64,000 nucleotides of DNA. Origin: Planctomycetota bacterium. Lineage in GTDB: Bacteria; Planctomycetota; UBA1135. Below the pieces are notes generated by a model. It was given only the letters and a program-made list of their open reading frames with translations. It was not told where the DNA came from and ran no database searches. Made by a program: the position numbers and the translations under genes. The stretch spans positions 3,250-67,249 of the forward strand of contig JAQBXR010000013.1 in NCBI GenBank assembly GCA_027623295.1, given 5' to 3'. Positions 18,804 through 28,607 of the stretch are shown here, one piece after another. Each line of letters opens with the position of its first letter. Positions within the stretch are counted from its first letter, which is position 1.

Positions 18804-20359
18804 TAGGGAGCCTCCTGCCACCACTCAATGGTCTGCTGCATAAGTAACGGATTGAGGTCATCGGAAAACGGCATTACGCCCAACTTGGCTACGCCACCTT
18901 CCCGGGTTTGCCCAGGAAGACAAGCTGAGCCAACCTCTACCGGCACATGACTAGGCAGCAAATCCACCAACTTGTGCAAAGATGGGAAAGGGAAGTCGCG
19001 ACGTGCAAAAACCACCCAGTTCCGGCTACGAGGCACTCGATGCATACGAATGTTGTCACCAAAGCTGAGTTCCAAACCTTTGCGAATGCGGTCTACGAAA
19101 CCAATCTCTGCATCGATACTTGCGGTAGTTCCAAGATTCAACACCAGCAAACCACCTGGCCGTAAATGCTCATACACCTCGGCGAAAAACTCCTGCGTGG
19201 CAAGGTGCAGAGGAATTTCAAACTGGCGGGCATAAGCATCGAGCAGGACGATATCTAAGTCATCTCCTGCCACCTGTAAAAGGCTTCTGGCATCTGCGCC
19301 CGCAACCACTTCCACCTGCGCCGCGGCTTCCGCGCTTAAAGGCATCCAAGCATTGCCAAGTTCCACTACAGCAGGATCGAGCTCCACCCCCACGGCATCC
19401 AATGCTAAGGGTGCCGCGCCAAACATAAGAGGCTGCATGGTGCTGCCCGCGCCAAATCCAAGAATCCAGGTCTTTAGGAGCGAAACATCGTCCTTAGGTA
19501 ATTGATAGCGCGCATAAATGGGCGCCAAAGCAAATAGGTCGTAATATCCACCTGGCCAAACTTGGCCTGGACGCCAAACCGATTGGAAGGAGTCCAATCC
19601 TTCATTCATTTGCAACCAACGCTCGCCATCCTCAAATTCGATCACGCGTAAGTGCTGATAAGAACTATCTGCGACCGCCTTGACCTCGGCACCCACAGGC
19701 AAGTTAGCGCCGGAAGCTGGATCTGGAATCATGAGCAAGGCCAGCGGCAAAATAGCTGCCGCGCTAAGTCCCTTGCGTCCCCATAACAAAGCTCCTGCGA
19801 CCAACAAGGCCACGCAGGTCAGAACCAAGGTCAAACGCACCCCGAGACTAGGAATTGCGTAGAAAGTAGAGAAAAGCACACCAGCTAAGGACCCAAGAGT
19901 GCCCACCGCAGAAATGTCTCCCGCAGCACGGCCAGGCCCGCGTTCTGCAGAACGAATCTGCACCAACAAAGGGCTCAACATAGAGAGCATGAAGACTGGC
20001 GGCACGAAGAACAGCATGGCCGCGGTGAATGCACCTCTCTGGAATACACCAGCAGCTTCATCGAGAGTCAGGCCTTCGGGCAACAGGGTTTCGGCAAAGG
20101 GCTCCAGCAAGAAGATGCCCGAGCTCAATAACACTCCCCCAACAAACAGACAAATAGCTGCCGCCTTCATCGGAGCTGCGCTGCGATTCGCAAGCCGTCC
20201 GCCTAACCAGCCGCCAAACGCAATGGACGCAAGCACCAAACCAATCTGTTGGCTCCACACCAAGGCGGAGGTACCAAACCAGGGTGCAAGCAAATGCACC
20301 CCAAGAATCTCAACGGCAAGCACAGCGAATCCTGCCAACCCTGCAGCGAGCAAAGTCAT
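18803..20359 (-). CDS. Fused membrane (MFS-like)/spermidine synthase-like methyltransferase
   Basis: N-terminal transmembrane block (EILGVHLLAPWFGTS..W, GTLGSLAG). C-terminal SAM-fold motifs ILGFGAGS, GVELDPAVV, ADAR, LLDAY, HLATQEFF. Confidence 0.85.
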   Translation of the reverse strand: MTLLAAGLAGFAVLAVEILGVHLLAPWFGTSALVWSQQIGLVLASIAFGGWLGGRLANRSAAPMKAAAICLFVGGVLLSSGIFLLEPFAETLLPEGLTLDEAAGVFQRGAFTAAMLFFVPPVFMLSMLSPLLVQIRSAERGPGRAAGDISAVGTLGSLAGVLFSTFYAIPSLGVRLTLVLTCVALLVAGALLWGRKGLSAAAILPLALLMIPDPASGANLPVGAEVKAVADSSYQHLRVIEFEDGERWLQMNEGLDSFQSVWRPGQVWPGGYYDLFALAPIYARYQLPKDDVSLLKTWILGFGAGSTMQPLMFGAAPLALDAVGVELDPAVVELGNAWMPLSAEAAAQVEVVAGADARSLLQVAGDDLDIVLLDAYARQFEIPLHLATQEFFAEVYEHLRPGGLLVLNLGTTASIDAEIGFVDRIRKGLELSFGDNIRMHRVPRSRNWVVFARRDFPFPSLHKLVDLLPSHVPVEVGSACLPGQTREGGVAKLGVMPFSDDLNPLLMQQTIEWWQEAP

Positions 20360-20368
20360 CTTAGCCCT

Positions 20369-21550
20369 CTAGCCGTCGGTAGGTTCTTCAGCCTCAGTTG
20401 GCAAATCCAACCGATGTAACTGCGCTGGATAAACCGAGCCATCTAAGAGGCCCACATAGTTCTCCAGCAGGGTGCCTAAAGAACGCGAGGCCTGGTATGA
20501 GTAAGACTCACCATTCCGCAAAATGGTAATGGGCTTGTCCAAGTCGACCAAGATGTCATTCAACATCAGGCGCACTTGGTAAACGTAAGCACCATCGATG
20601 GTGATGGTATTGGTGCCGCGGTCGACAGAAACCTTCAAACGAGTAGACTCGCCCTCAGGAACGGCTTTCCCGGTATCGTATTTCACGGCTTGCACCCAGT
20701 AAAAAACACCTTGCCATGGTTCCACCAACTCCACATCGAAGCTGGTTGGATATTTATTTGCAGCTTCTAAGCCAAGCATCCAGGTTGCTGCAGCTTCCAC
20801 CGAATCCTGCTTTTCAACCGGAAGCATGGCATGGTTAGCCGCACCTTTGACTTCGCCAGTTTCACCTTCGACAAAAGCCACTCCAGAAAAGAAATGTGGA
20901 AGCACTGCGGCATAAGCCGCGGCGAAGGATGCTCCTTGATCCCCTTTGCCAATCATGAATAAACGACTTCGGTCCAGGCGATAGGCCACGGTGCAGCGAC
21001 CAATAGGGCCAATGATAAGTTGCCGCCCTTCCTCTTCCATCAGGGCTGACTTGTCCAAACCGGAGATCATCGGCGCAAAAATAATGAAGGCCTCTTTGGT
21101 CTCCTCCGTGAGTCCATCAATCGTGGCCTGAGGATCGGAATCCAAAAGCAAGATGCCAGGGTAATTCACTTTGTCAGGGTTATAGCCTGCAGGCAGCCAA
21201 ATCAAGAACGTGCCATAGGCACCCAAGTCTTGTTCGATCACCTTTCCCTTCTTGACGTCCGGGCCAGACCTATCGAAACTGCGTCCAGTCTGCAGAACAA
21301 TCTCCCAGTCACGAACCAAAGACAAGGCGGAACGTCCCTTCAGCTTCTTATCCATCTTCTGGACGATGTCATCAAGCTTAAGCAGCATTTCGGAAGCCTT
21401 AGCATGGTCACTTTCAATTTTGGCGTCGACCCATTCCCCAAACGGCTTACCGAGCTTCTTGATGTCACCGGAGTTCATTTCCGGTTCAGACTGCGCTGCA
21501 AGTGGCAACGCAAATGCCATTACGGCGATAAAGGAGTGGATTCGCTTCAT
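20369..21550 (-). CDS. Secreted alpha/beta-hydrolase-like protein, probably non-catalytic
   Basis: Signal peptide. WLPAGYNPDKVNYPGILLL and YRLDRSRLFMIGKGDQG resemble esterase/PHB-depolymerase folds but lack the nucleophile Ser. Confidence 0.65.
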   Translation of the reverse strand: MKRIHSFIAVMAFALPLAAQSEPEMNSGDIKKLGKPFGEWVDAKIESDHAKASEMLLKLDDIVQKMDKKLKGRSALSLVRDWEIVLQTGRSFDRSGPDVKKGKVIEQDLGAYGTFLIWLPAGYNPDKVNYPGILLLDSDPQATIDGLTEETKEAFIIFAPMISGLDKSALMEEEGRQLIIGPIGRCTVAYRLDRSRLFMIGKGDQGASFAAAYAAVLPHFFSGVAFVEGETGEVKGAANHAMLPVEKQDSVEAAATWMLGLEAANKYPTSFDVELVEPWQGVFYWVQAVKYDTGKAVPEGESTRLKVSVDRGTNTITIDGAYVYQVRLMLNDILVDLDKPITILRNGESYSYQASRSLGTLLENYVGLLDGSVYPAQLHRLDLPTEAEEPTDG

Positions 21551-21562
21551 GATGTGCCTAGC

Positions 21563-22090
21563 TTAAAGGCGCGAGATTCGGGTAGCGAGCACAGCTTGCG
21601 CGAGTTCGCGTGTGGTGGAAACGGAAGAAACCTGATTTGGCAGGTCCATGGAAAGCCAATCGAGATTTCCGCGGAAACGGGAGTCCCCGGAATAGGCCTG
21701 AAGCCCCGTTTTAAGTGCTTCTTGGGTCTCAGAGAGACGGCCTTCACCCCAAAGAGATAAAGCTCGTTCCAGGTCCGAGTTGGCCCTTTCGGTTAACCTT
21801 ATTTCCGGCAGCGGTAACCCTTGCCGCCGGCAGTAAAGAATGAAATTTGCCTGTGCAGTATCAGTGCCTTCTGCTGCCATGTAGACCCAGCCTTCGCGGA
21901 CAAGGTCCGGAGGGCCGTGCTCGACGCGCGTGAGCGACTGAAATAATGCTTTCCGCCACGGCAACCGTTCCGGGTGGGGTTCGCTGAGGAGCACCCGAAC
22001 CCGCTCTACGTGGCGCTCAGGAAGGGGGCCTTGAAGCGCAGTGGTTTCCGGGGCGAAAATGCCCCATAACCACAAAATTAATCCAACCAA
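21563..22090 (-). CDS. Hypothetical protein
   Basis: ORF overlapping the purM stop. Hydrophobic N-terminus and TPR-like helix pair. Confidence 0.6.
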   Translation of the reverse strand: MVGLILWLWGIFAPETTALQGPLPERHVERVRVLLSEPHPERLPWRKALFQSLTRVEHGPPDLVREGWVYMAAEGTDTAQANFILYCRRQGLPLPEIRLTERANSDLERALSLWGEGRLSETQEALKTGLQAYSGDSRFRGNLDWLSMDLPNQVSSVSTTRELAQAVLATRISRL

Positions 22091-23124
22091 GCCACGCCCT
22101 CAATATCGGCGCAAATTTCACCCATGGCGAAGGCGGTTTGGCCTTGTGCTTCTAGGGCAGCAAGGAATTCTTGCTCGGCATCTGCATCCACCACCAAAAT
22201 CATGCCAACGCCCATATTGAAGGCCTTCCAGCTTTCATCACGTTCGACATTTCCAGCCTTGCAGAGTTGAGTGAACACATTTTGTGCAGGTACTGCCTTG
22301 CGTGACACCTTGGCGCCAAGGCCGTTTAGGACCCGCGGCAGGTTGCCTGGTACGCCACCACCCGTGATATGCGCCATGGCATGCAAGGCTTTGTTCTTCA
22401 GGTACGGCCGCAACGGCTCTAGATAACAGAGGTGCGGATCGAGGAGGACATCGGCCGCGCTGCGGGTGTCGCCGGGGAAAGTATCGGTGTACTGAATCCC
22501 CATGCGCTCTTCGACAATGCGGCGCGCCAGGGAATATCCGTTGGTATGCAAGCCCACCGAAGGTAAACCGATTAACTTGTCGCCATGCTTGACCGAACTT
22601 CCGTCAATCAAGTAATCGCGATCCACCACACCAACCACGGTGCCGACGAGATCGAACTCGCCTTCCGGGTAGACGCCGGGCATTTCCGCGGTCTCGCCGC
22701 CGAGCAATGCCACCTTGTGGTCGGTACAGGCATCCGCCACCCCGGTAATCACAGACGCCACCATGACAGGGTCCAGCTTGCCCACCCCGACGTAATCGAG
22801 GAAGAACAACGGCTCCGCGCCCTGCACCAAGATGTCGTTGATGCAATGCTGCACCAAACAACGCCCCACGGTGTCAAAACGTTCCATGGCAGATGCAATC
22901 CGAATTTTGGTGCCTACACCATCATTCGAGGCCACCAAAACTGGCTTTTCGGCAAGTCCATCGGCGCGGAATAACCCGCCAAAACTGCCTACATCGGCCA
23001 ATACACGTTCACCATGGCTACGGCGAATCGCCTTCTTGGATGCATCAAGAGCAGCCTCCGCCGCGGCGATATCAACGCCTGCGTCACGGTAGCTAAGAGA
23101 ATTCGAGGAGGTCGGCTCGCTCAT
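22078..23124 (-). CDS. purM: Phosphoribosylformylglycinamidine cyclo-ligase
   Basis: SYRDAGVDI, DGVGTK, GAEPLFFLDY, GGETAEMPG, GLHTNGYSL, HITGGG, FNMGVGM. Start moved to ATG 23124. Confidence 0.97.
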   Translation of the reverse strand: MSEPTSSNSLSYRDAGVDIAAAEAALDASKKAIRRSHGERVLADVGSFGGLFRADGLAEKPVLVASNDGVGTKIRIASAMERFDTVGRCLVQHCINDILVQGAEPLFFLDYVGVGKLDPVMVASVITGVADACTDHKVALLGGETAEMPGVYPEGEFDLVGTVVGVVDRDYLIDGSSVKHGDKLIGLPSVGLHTNGYSLARRIVEERMGIQYTDTFPGDTRSAADVLLDPHLCYLEPLRPYLKNKALHAMAHITGGGVPGNLPRVLNGLGAKVSRKAVPAQNVFTQLCKAGNVERDESWKAFNMGVGMILVVDADAEQEFLAALEAQGQTAFAMGEICADIEGVAWLD

Positions 23125-23166
23125 CGCCCACGATTCTACCTGCTCGCGCGTATCATTCCTGCAACG

Positions 23167-24282
23167 ATGTCTTCCTCCCGCCGCCTTGTCATTCTTGGAG
23201 CCACCGGGACTGTTGGAACACAAGCCCTCAGCATCCTGGAAGAGTCCTCCTCGCCGCTCGAGGTGGTGGCTTTGTCCTGCCATCAACAGGGTGGGAAACT
23301 GGAAAAAATGGGGCCGCCACAGGCGCAGCGTTTCCAGACCAGCCAACCGGATCAACACGCTGCCTTGCTCGCCTATTTGGAGCAAGGCGATTACGACGTC
23401 TGCCTCCATGGAATTGTCGGGGCCGCTGGGCTCCCCTTCACCGAAGCGGTTCTCAAGACCGGCCGCACTTTGGCCCTGGCGAACAAGGAATCCCTGGTCA
23501 TGGCGGGTGATTTACTCATGCCCCTGGCGCGTAAAACTGGGGCTGAAATCGTGCCCGTCGACTCCGAGCATTCGGCCATTTTCCAATGCATGGTGGGCGC
23601 CTCGCAAAAGGATGTACGGCATCTTTGGTTGACCGCATCGGGTGGTGCTCTGCGCGATTTTCCGATGCAAGACCTAGCCAGGGTTACTCCAGCTCAAGCC
23701 TTAGATCATCCGAACTGGGACATGGGACCGCGCATTACGGTGGATTCCGCAACCATGATGAACAAGGCTTTTGAAATCATCGAAGCGCGTTTCTTGTTCG
23801 ATATTGCGGCGCCGGAAATTAAAGTGCTGGTCCATCGCCAATCCGTCATTCACTCGATGGTTGAGTTTTTAGATGGCTCCATGCTTGCACAACTCGGTCC
23901 GCCCGACATGAGTTTGCCGATTCACTACGCGATTCATTATCCCGAGCGTTTAACTTCTCCCCTGCAAGGCTTCGATGCGCAAATGTTCTCCAAGCTAACC
24001 TTTGAAGAACCCGATGTCGCGCGTTACCCCGCATTAAAACTAGGCTGGATGGCTGCGGAAATGGGAGGCAACTCCGGGGCAGTCTTAAACGCTGCCGATG
24101 AAGTAGCCGTTGCCGCTTTCTTGGCCGGCGAAATTTCATATCAGAAGATTGCGGAGCTGTGTCAAGCAGCTCTCGAAAACATGGGTGGCGACCCCATTCC
24201 TAACTTAACCGCGGTTTACGCTGCCGATCAGCGCGCGCGTGATTTCGTTGCCGACCTTCTTAGCACGACTACAAGCAGATGA
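23167..24282 (+). CDS. dxr: 1-deoxy-D-xylulose-5-phosphate reductoisomerase
   Basis: ILGATGTVG, LALANKESLV, PVDSEHSAIFQ, HPNWDMGPRITVDSATMMNK, NAADEVAV. Start ATG 23167. Confidence 0.97.
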   Translation: MSSSRRLVILGATGTVGTQALSILEESSSPLEVVALSCHQQGGKLEKMGPPQAQRFQTSQPDQHAALLAYLEQGDYDVCLHGIVGAAGLPFTEAVLKTGRTLALANKESLVMAGDLLMPLARKTGAEIVPVDSEHSAIFQCMVGASQKDVRHLWLTASGGALRDFPMQDLARVTPAQALDHPNWDMGPRITVDSATMMNKAFEIIEARFLFDIAAPEIKVLVHRQSVIHSMVEFLDGSMLAQLGPPDMSLPIHYAIHYPERLTSPLQGFDAQMFSKLTFEEPDVARYPALKLGWMAAEMGGNSGAVLNAADEVAVAAFLAGEISYQKIAELCQAALENMGGDPIPNLTAVYAADQRARDFVADLLSTTTSR

Positions 24283-26075
24283 TGGCCACCCTTTTCACAG
24301 TCCTAGGCATTGGCCTCCTCCTTCTGCTACACGAAGCAGGACACTACTATGCTGCTCGCGCGGTCGGGATTAAGGTGCATGTGTTTTCGTTGGGCTTTGG
24401 GCCTAAGATCGTTGAATGGCGTTACAACGATTGCGATTTCCGTTTGGCTTGGATCCCCCTAGGCGGCTACGTGCGGGTTGCTGGGGAAGACCCAAATGTT
24501 GCACCAAAGCCAGGTGATTTGTTTTACGCAAGTGCACCGAAGCGGTTGCTGTTCTATTCGGGCGGCATCATCATCAACTTCCTGTTTGCTTTTTTATTGA
24601 TTCCAATTCTGTTCATGGTTGGAGTTCCGTTTGAGGCTCCAGTGATTGGCAGCGTGAATCCTGGTGAGGCGGCATGGGAAGCTGGCGTGCAAGCCGGAGA
24701 TCGCGTGATTGAAGTAGATGGTCGCACGGTTTATGGATTCCGCCATGTGCATTCCTCGGTAGCTCTTGCACCACGCGAGGCGCCCATCGAAATGGTGGTT
24801 GTGGGGCTGGATGGCGAAACGCGTCATCTACAACTAACTCCGGAATACAACTCGGAGAAAGGGTTTCAAGGTATCGGCGCGAATCCCTTTTTGGAACTAC
24901 GTTTCAAAGCTGGCACCGAACTAGCCAAAGCCGCCAAGGGCGCTGCGATTCAAAGCGTGAATGGTGTGCCTAGCAATAGCGGAGCCTTGTTCGCTGCAAT
25001 TTTGGAAGACGCGCGACAAAACATGGCGCCGCTTCAGGTGACCTACCTAAGCGACGATGGCATCCTTCGCGCAGCGACGGTGGAAGCCAGCATGATCACG
25101 CCAGAAAATGCGCCCGACCAAATCGGTATTGCGCCGTTGCGGCGTAAGGTAGAAACGGCATCTGGGCCACTGGATCAAGTATTCCTCAAAGGCACCGAAT
25201 TGGTGCGCGTGAATCAACGGGAAATCCGCGGCCGGGGCGATGTCCTGCTCGCGATTCACGCTGCAGGCGGCCTTGAATCCTTTGCTTATCTCCCCGACGG
25301 CCCCGATTCCACTCCAGTCGAAACAGTTCTAGAGGCGCCAATCCTGATGACCTCTTCCGATGCATCGTCTAATCTGCACTTGACCGCCACATCGGAGGTG
25401 CGGTATTCGGTTTACCCCGGAAGCGCGGCCGAGCGGGCCGGATTAGAAGATGGCTGCCGCATTCTTCGCGTCGATGATGAGCCGGTTCCAAGCTTTGAGG
25501 AACTGCGCAGTTTGGTCCTAGGCATAGAACCCTCGGCGCAAGGTGAAACTAAGATCACCCTCGACGTCATCGACCCTGGCGAACAATTCTCGCGCAAGGT
25601 GGACATCGCCTTGGCGCCGATTCCAGGAGTGGCGTATGACCTGGAAATGCAGGTCGCCATGGAAAAGGTACGAACCAACAGCCCTTTGCGTGCGGTGTCT
25701 TTAGGATTTTTAGAAGCTAAAAGCATGGTTGGCGAAGTCTTGACTACCTTGCAACGCATGGTTTCTGGTTCCATCGACAAAAAGAATCTGGGTGGCATCA
25801 TTAGCATTGGAACCGCTACGCACAGTTTTGCAAGCCAAGGTTTGATCCCTTTGTTCTTCTTCCTGTGCATGATTTCAGTCAACCTCGGCGTGCTCAACCT
25901 CATGCCGATTCCAGCTCTAGATGGTGGACACATCGTGTTTGCGCTTTATGAAATCATCGTCCGACGCCCTGTCAGCATGGCCGTGCAGAACGGCTTTCAA
26001 GTGATTGGTGTTTTTGTGGTTCTCTTTCTGCTGATCTTCGTAACCACCATGGATATTCAACGCTTGTTTGCTTGA
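24279..26075 (+). CDS. rseP: Site-2 (RIP) zinc metalloprotease RseP with PDZ domains
   Basis: HEAGH, IPLGGYV, PDZ repeats, NLMPIPALDGGH. Canonical position after dxr. Confidence 0.93.
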   Translation: MMATLFTVLGIGLLLLLHEAGHYYAARAVGIKVHVFSLGFGPKIVEWRYNDCDFRLAWIPLGGYVRVAGEDPNVAPKPGDLFYASAPKRLLFYSGGIIINFLFAFLLIPILFMVGVPFEAPVIGSVNPGEAAWEAGVQAGDRVIEVDGRTVYGFRHVHSSVALAPREAPIEMVVVGLDGETRHLQLTPEYNSEKGFQGIGANPFLELRFKAGTELAKAAKGAAIQSVNGVPSNSGALFAAILEDARQNMAPLQVTYLSDDGILRAATVEASMITPENAPDQIGIAPLRRKVETASGPLDQVFLKGTELVRVNQREIRGRGDVLLAIHAAGGLESFAYLPDGPDSTPVETVLEAPILMTSSDASSNLHLTATSEVRYSVYPGSAAERAGLEDGCRILRVDDEPVPSFEELRSLVLGIEPSAQGETKITLDVIDPGEQFSRKVDIALAPIPGVAYDLEMQVAMEKVRTNSPLRAVSLGFLEAKSMVGEVLTTLQRMVSGSIDKKNLGGIISIGTATHSFASQGLIPLFFFLCMISVNLGVLNLMPIPALDGGHIVFALYEIIVRRPVSMAVQNGFQVIGVFVVLFLLIFVTTMDIQRLFA

Positions 26076-26076
26076 T

Positions 26077-26952
26077 ATGCGCGCCTGGCTCCAACTAGCA
26101 CGTATTGCTTTAATGCCCACGATCCTGTGGGACTTTTACGTCGGTCTAATCTTGGTCGGTGGCATTTTCGAACGCACCACTCTGCTTGCTGGGGCCGCCT
26201 TATTGCTGCTGTACCACGGTGGCATGATGCTGAATGATTTGCGCGATGTGCAAGAAGACATGGAGGCCGAGCGCAAGCGCCCGCTGGTAGATGGGCGCAT
26301 CTCCAAGGGTGCCGCCACCCTTATGATTCTGTTGTTCTTTGGCGGTGCCATCGCCTTAGCGGAACTAGCTGGCCCACATTTGCGTTGGCCTACTTTGGTC
26401 CTGCTGGTTTTAATCCTGATCTACGATCTCGCCGGTTCCGGATTCCGGCAACAACTCGGGCCGGCGCTCCTCGCAGCTGCCCGCTCCCTTAGTTTGAGCT
26501 TTGCCGCCTACGCATCTCTCGGATTTGATTCTGGACTGGCAGAATTGGGCTACGGACCAGTTGGCGCCTATGCCCTCTATTTCCTGTTCGCCTCACGTCT
26601 TGCACAAAAAGAAGAGCACGGTGTTCAGGGGGTCAACGGCTTAACCTTCCTCTTCATGGCAAGCTTGGCGCCAGCAGTTCTATTTTACGATAGCGAGGTT
26701 TCCCCTATCTTCATTCCGGTTTGGATTTGCGTGGCACTTTACCTTTTACGCCCAGCATTCCAAGCACGTTACGAATTCTGGGGACCAGACAAAGTCCAAG
26801 CGATGGTGCGTCATGCCCTTGGTTCCGCACCCCTGATTCCAGGACTGGTGTTGCTTGCAAGTGGTGAAACCCACCTCATGCTGCAGTCCGTGCTTTCCAT
26901 TCCGGTATGCCTTTCCGTGCGCTTCTTGGCGAAAACTTGGGCGCCGGAATAG
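26077..26952 (+). CDS. UbiA-family prenyltransferase
   Basis: WLQLARI, GMMLNDLRDVQED..ERKRPLVDGRIS Asp-rich motif, multiple transmembrane helices. Confidence 0.85.
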   Translation: MRAWLQLARIALMPTILWDFYVGLILVGGIFERTTLLAGAALLLLYHGGMMLNDLRDVQEDMEAERKRPLVDGRISKGAATLMILLFFGGAIALAELAGPHLRWPTLVLLVLILIYDLAGSGFRQQLGPALLAAARSLSLSFAAYASLGFDSGLAELGYGPVGAYALYFLFASRLAQKEEHGVQGVNGLTFLFMASLAPAVLFYDSEVSPIFIPVWICVALYLLRPAFQARYEFWGPDKVQAMVRHALGSAPLIPGLVLLASGETHLMLQSVLSIPVCLSVRFLAKTWAPE

Positions 26953-26957
26953 AAGGC

Positions 26958-28607
26958 TTAGTAATACTCGCTTAAGATTCCAGTAATGAAGGATTGGATT
27001 TCGGCGCGGGGTTCGGACGCAGAAAGTTCCATCAGAATATGGAAGCCTTCCTGACGGAAAATTTGCGGGATTTTCTCCATAGTCGCTCTGCGCACGCGAT
27101 CATCGACCTCTGGCGAAGAGGCTAGGTAGATCAAAAACTCTCTGGCAGCAGGGTTCTCAGGGTAGCGCCCAACACCGGGCACTACCATTTTCGCAATGGT
27201 CAGATTGGGGTTTTGCTCCCAGATCTGCCGAAACATGGGAATGGTTTGCTCACCAAAATTGGCAAGAATTGTTCCAGAGACGCTGCGCACCTTTGGATCT
27301 TCTTCTTTATCGAGCACACGTTGTAATAGAAACTTGGCAGCTTCTGGAGAGCCTGTGCGCGTTAAAGCCTTAAGCAAACTCGATTGATGCTCACCGAGAG
27401 CAAATGGCCAACGTGGAATCAAGATGGCAGCAGTGCGTTCATCAGCTACGCCTTCCTTGCCCAAAACCTGCACGGCTTGAACGGATCCCTTTCCGGTTGG
27501 GAACTCCCGAGCAAGGCGCAGAAAAGGATCGAGACGATTCTTCTGACCACGTTCAATTAAGGCCAATAAGGCATTGAACCGAACATCTTCGTCTTCGGCG
27601 CTATCGGCAAGGCTTTCTAAAACCCCTAAACCAACGCCCTCAGCCACAGCATCGTCACGACGCAACAGGCCGATTAATGTGAGTTGAGTTGCGACTTCTG
27701 TAGTGCTCGCCAAGGCAAGCACTGATTCCCAGTCACCCAACTCCCCCAACATTTGCAAAGCCAAGGAACGGGTGCCGGAAGAAGGGTAAGCGGTTGGATC
27801 TAAATAGGGGCGAATGTTGTCCGCCACATCGCGGTCACCAAGCGCAATTCGAATGCCATAGGCTTGCAGGGATGGGAAGGGCGCTAAACGCGGCTCCAAC
27901 TCTTGAAGCGCCAAGACTGCGCCAGGTTGATCCACCAAAAGCAAAGCCTTCCAACAAGATTCTCCGGCGACATCGCCAGCCGTTGAGTTCAACCAATCGC
28001 GACTTCCTTGTACAAGATACGCAATGGATTCTGCGTTTCCATAAAAGGCAAGCGCCTGCAAACCGGCAGTGCGCGGTGCCACCTCAGTTTCCTTGGAAAC
28101 CAATTCTAGGACCTCTAACTCTTTACCCTCCGGCAACAACCGGGAAATGGCTTCAAATGCTGCCGAGCGCACCACGGGTGCCTGATTCAATCGTAATATT
28201 TCCAACAACACCTCGGACCCTTCCGAGTTCTCTGAGATCGATAAGGCACTACACAGGCTTACCAGAAACCCCATCGAGGACCGACTTCCGGCTTCTTTCC
28301 GCAGCGCATCCATAAGGAAGGGCGTGGCTTCAGGGCCAAGTTCGCCCAAACGCTCCAAAGCGAAATGATGGGCGTCTTTCGTGCCAATGCGCAAATGCTC
28401 AATGTATCGCTGTGCCCAGGCATCTTCCGCTGGTGGTTCATAGGGCAAACGCACCGAGCCTTCGCGAAAAACCTCGGGCGAATGCATGACTACGTTTTCC
28501 TGTTGGGCACCTTTCGAGGCTTCCTCTCCTCCGCAACTTGGCAGCGCGGCGGCTGCAGCAAACGGCAGGACTAGGCAGGCAGAAATCGGGTAGAATAGTC
28601 GCTTCAT
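26958..28607 (-). CDS. HEAT-repeat lipoprotein
   Basis: MKR, hydrophobic stretch, lipobox LPSC. Repeated VRxxAxxAL helices. Confidence 0.8.
   Translation of the reverse strand: MKRLFYPISACLVLPFAAAAALPSCGGEEASKGAQQENVVMHSPEVFREGSVRLPYEPPAEDAWAQRYIEHLRIGTKDAHHFALERLGELGPEATPFLMDALRKEAGSRSSMGFLVSLCSALSISENSEGSEVLLEILRLNQAPVVRSAAFEAISRLLPEGKELEVLELVSKETEVAPRTAGLQALAFYGNAESIAYLVQGSRDWLNSTAGDVAGESCWKALLLVDQPGAVLALQELEPRLAPFPSLQAYGIRIALGDRDVADNIRPYLDPTAYPSSGTRSLALQMLGELGDWESVLALASTTEVATQLTLIGLLRRDDAVAEGVGLGVLESLADSAEDEDVRFNALLALIERGQKNRLDPFLRLAREFPTGKGSVQAVQVLGKEGVADERTAAILIPRWPFALGEHQSSLLKALTRTGSPEAAKFLLQRVLDKEEDPKVRSVSGTILANFGEQTIPMFRQIWEQNPNLTIAKMVVPGVGRYPENPAAREFLIYLASSPEVDDRVRRATMEKIPQIFRQEGFHILMELSASEPRAEIQSFITGILSEYY

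Noticed and set aside
23125-23409. Long N-terminal extension of purM overlapping dxr (similar extensions in the track for recA, fabD, thiL, galE, clpP and the 15308 ORF)
   Set aside because: These come from longest-ORF calling. Family homology begins at downstream ATGs that have a Shine-Dalgarno, a nearby -10 or an overlap with the previous stop.
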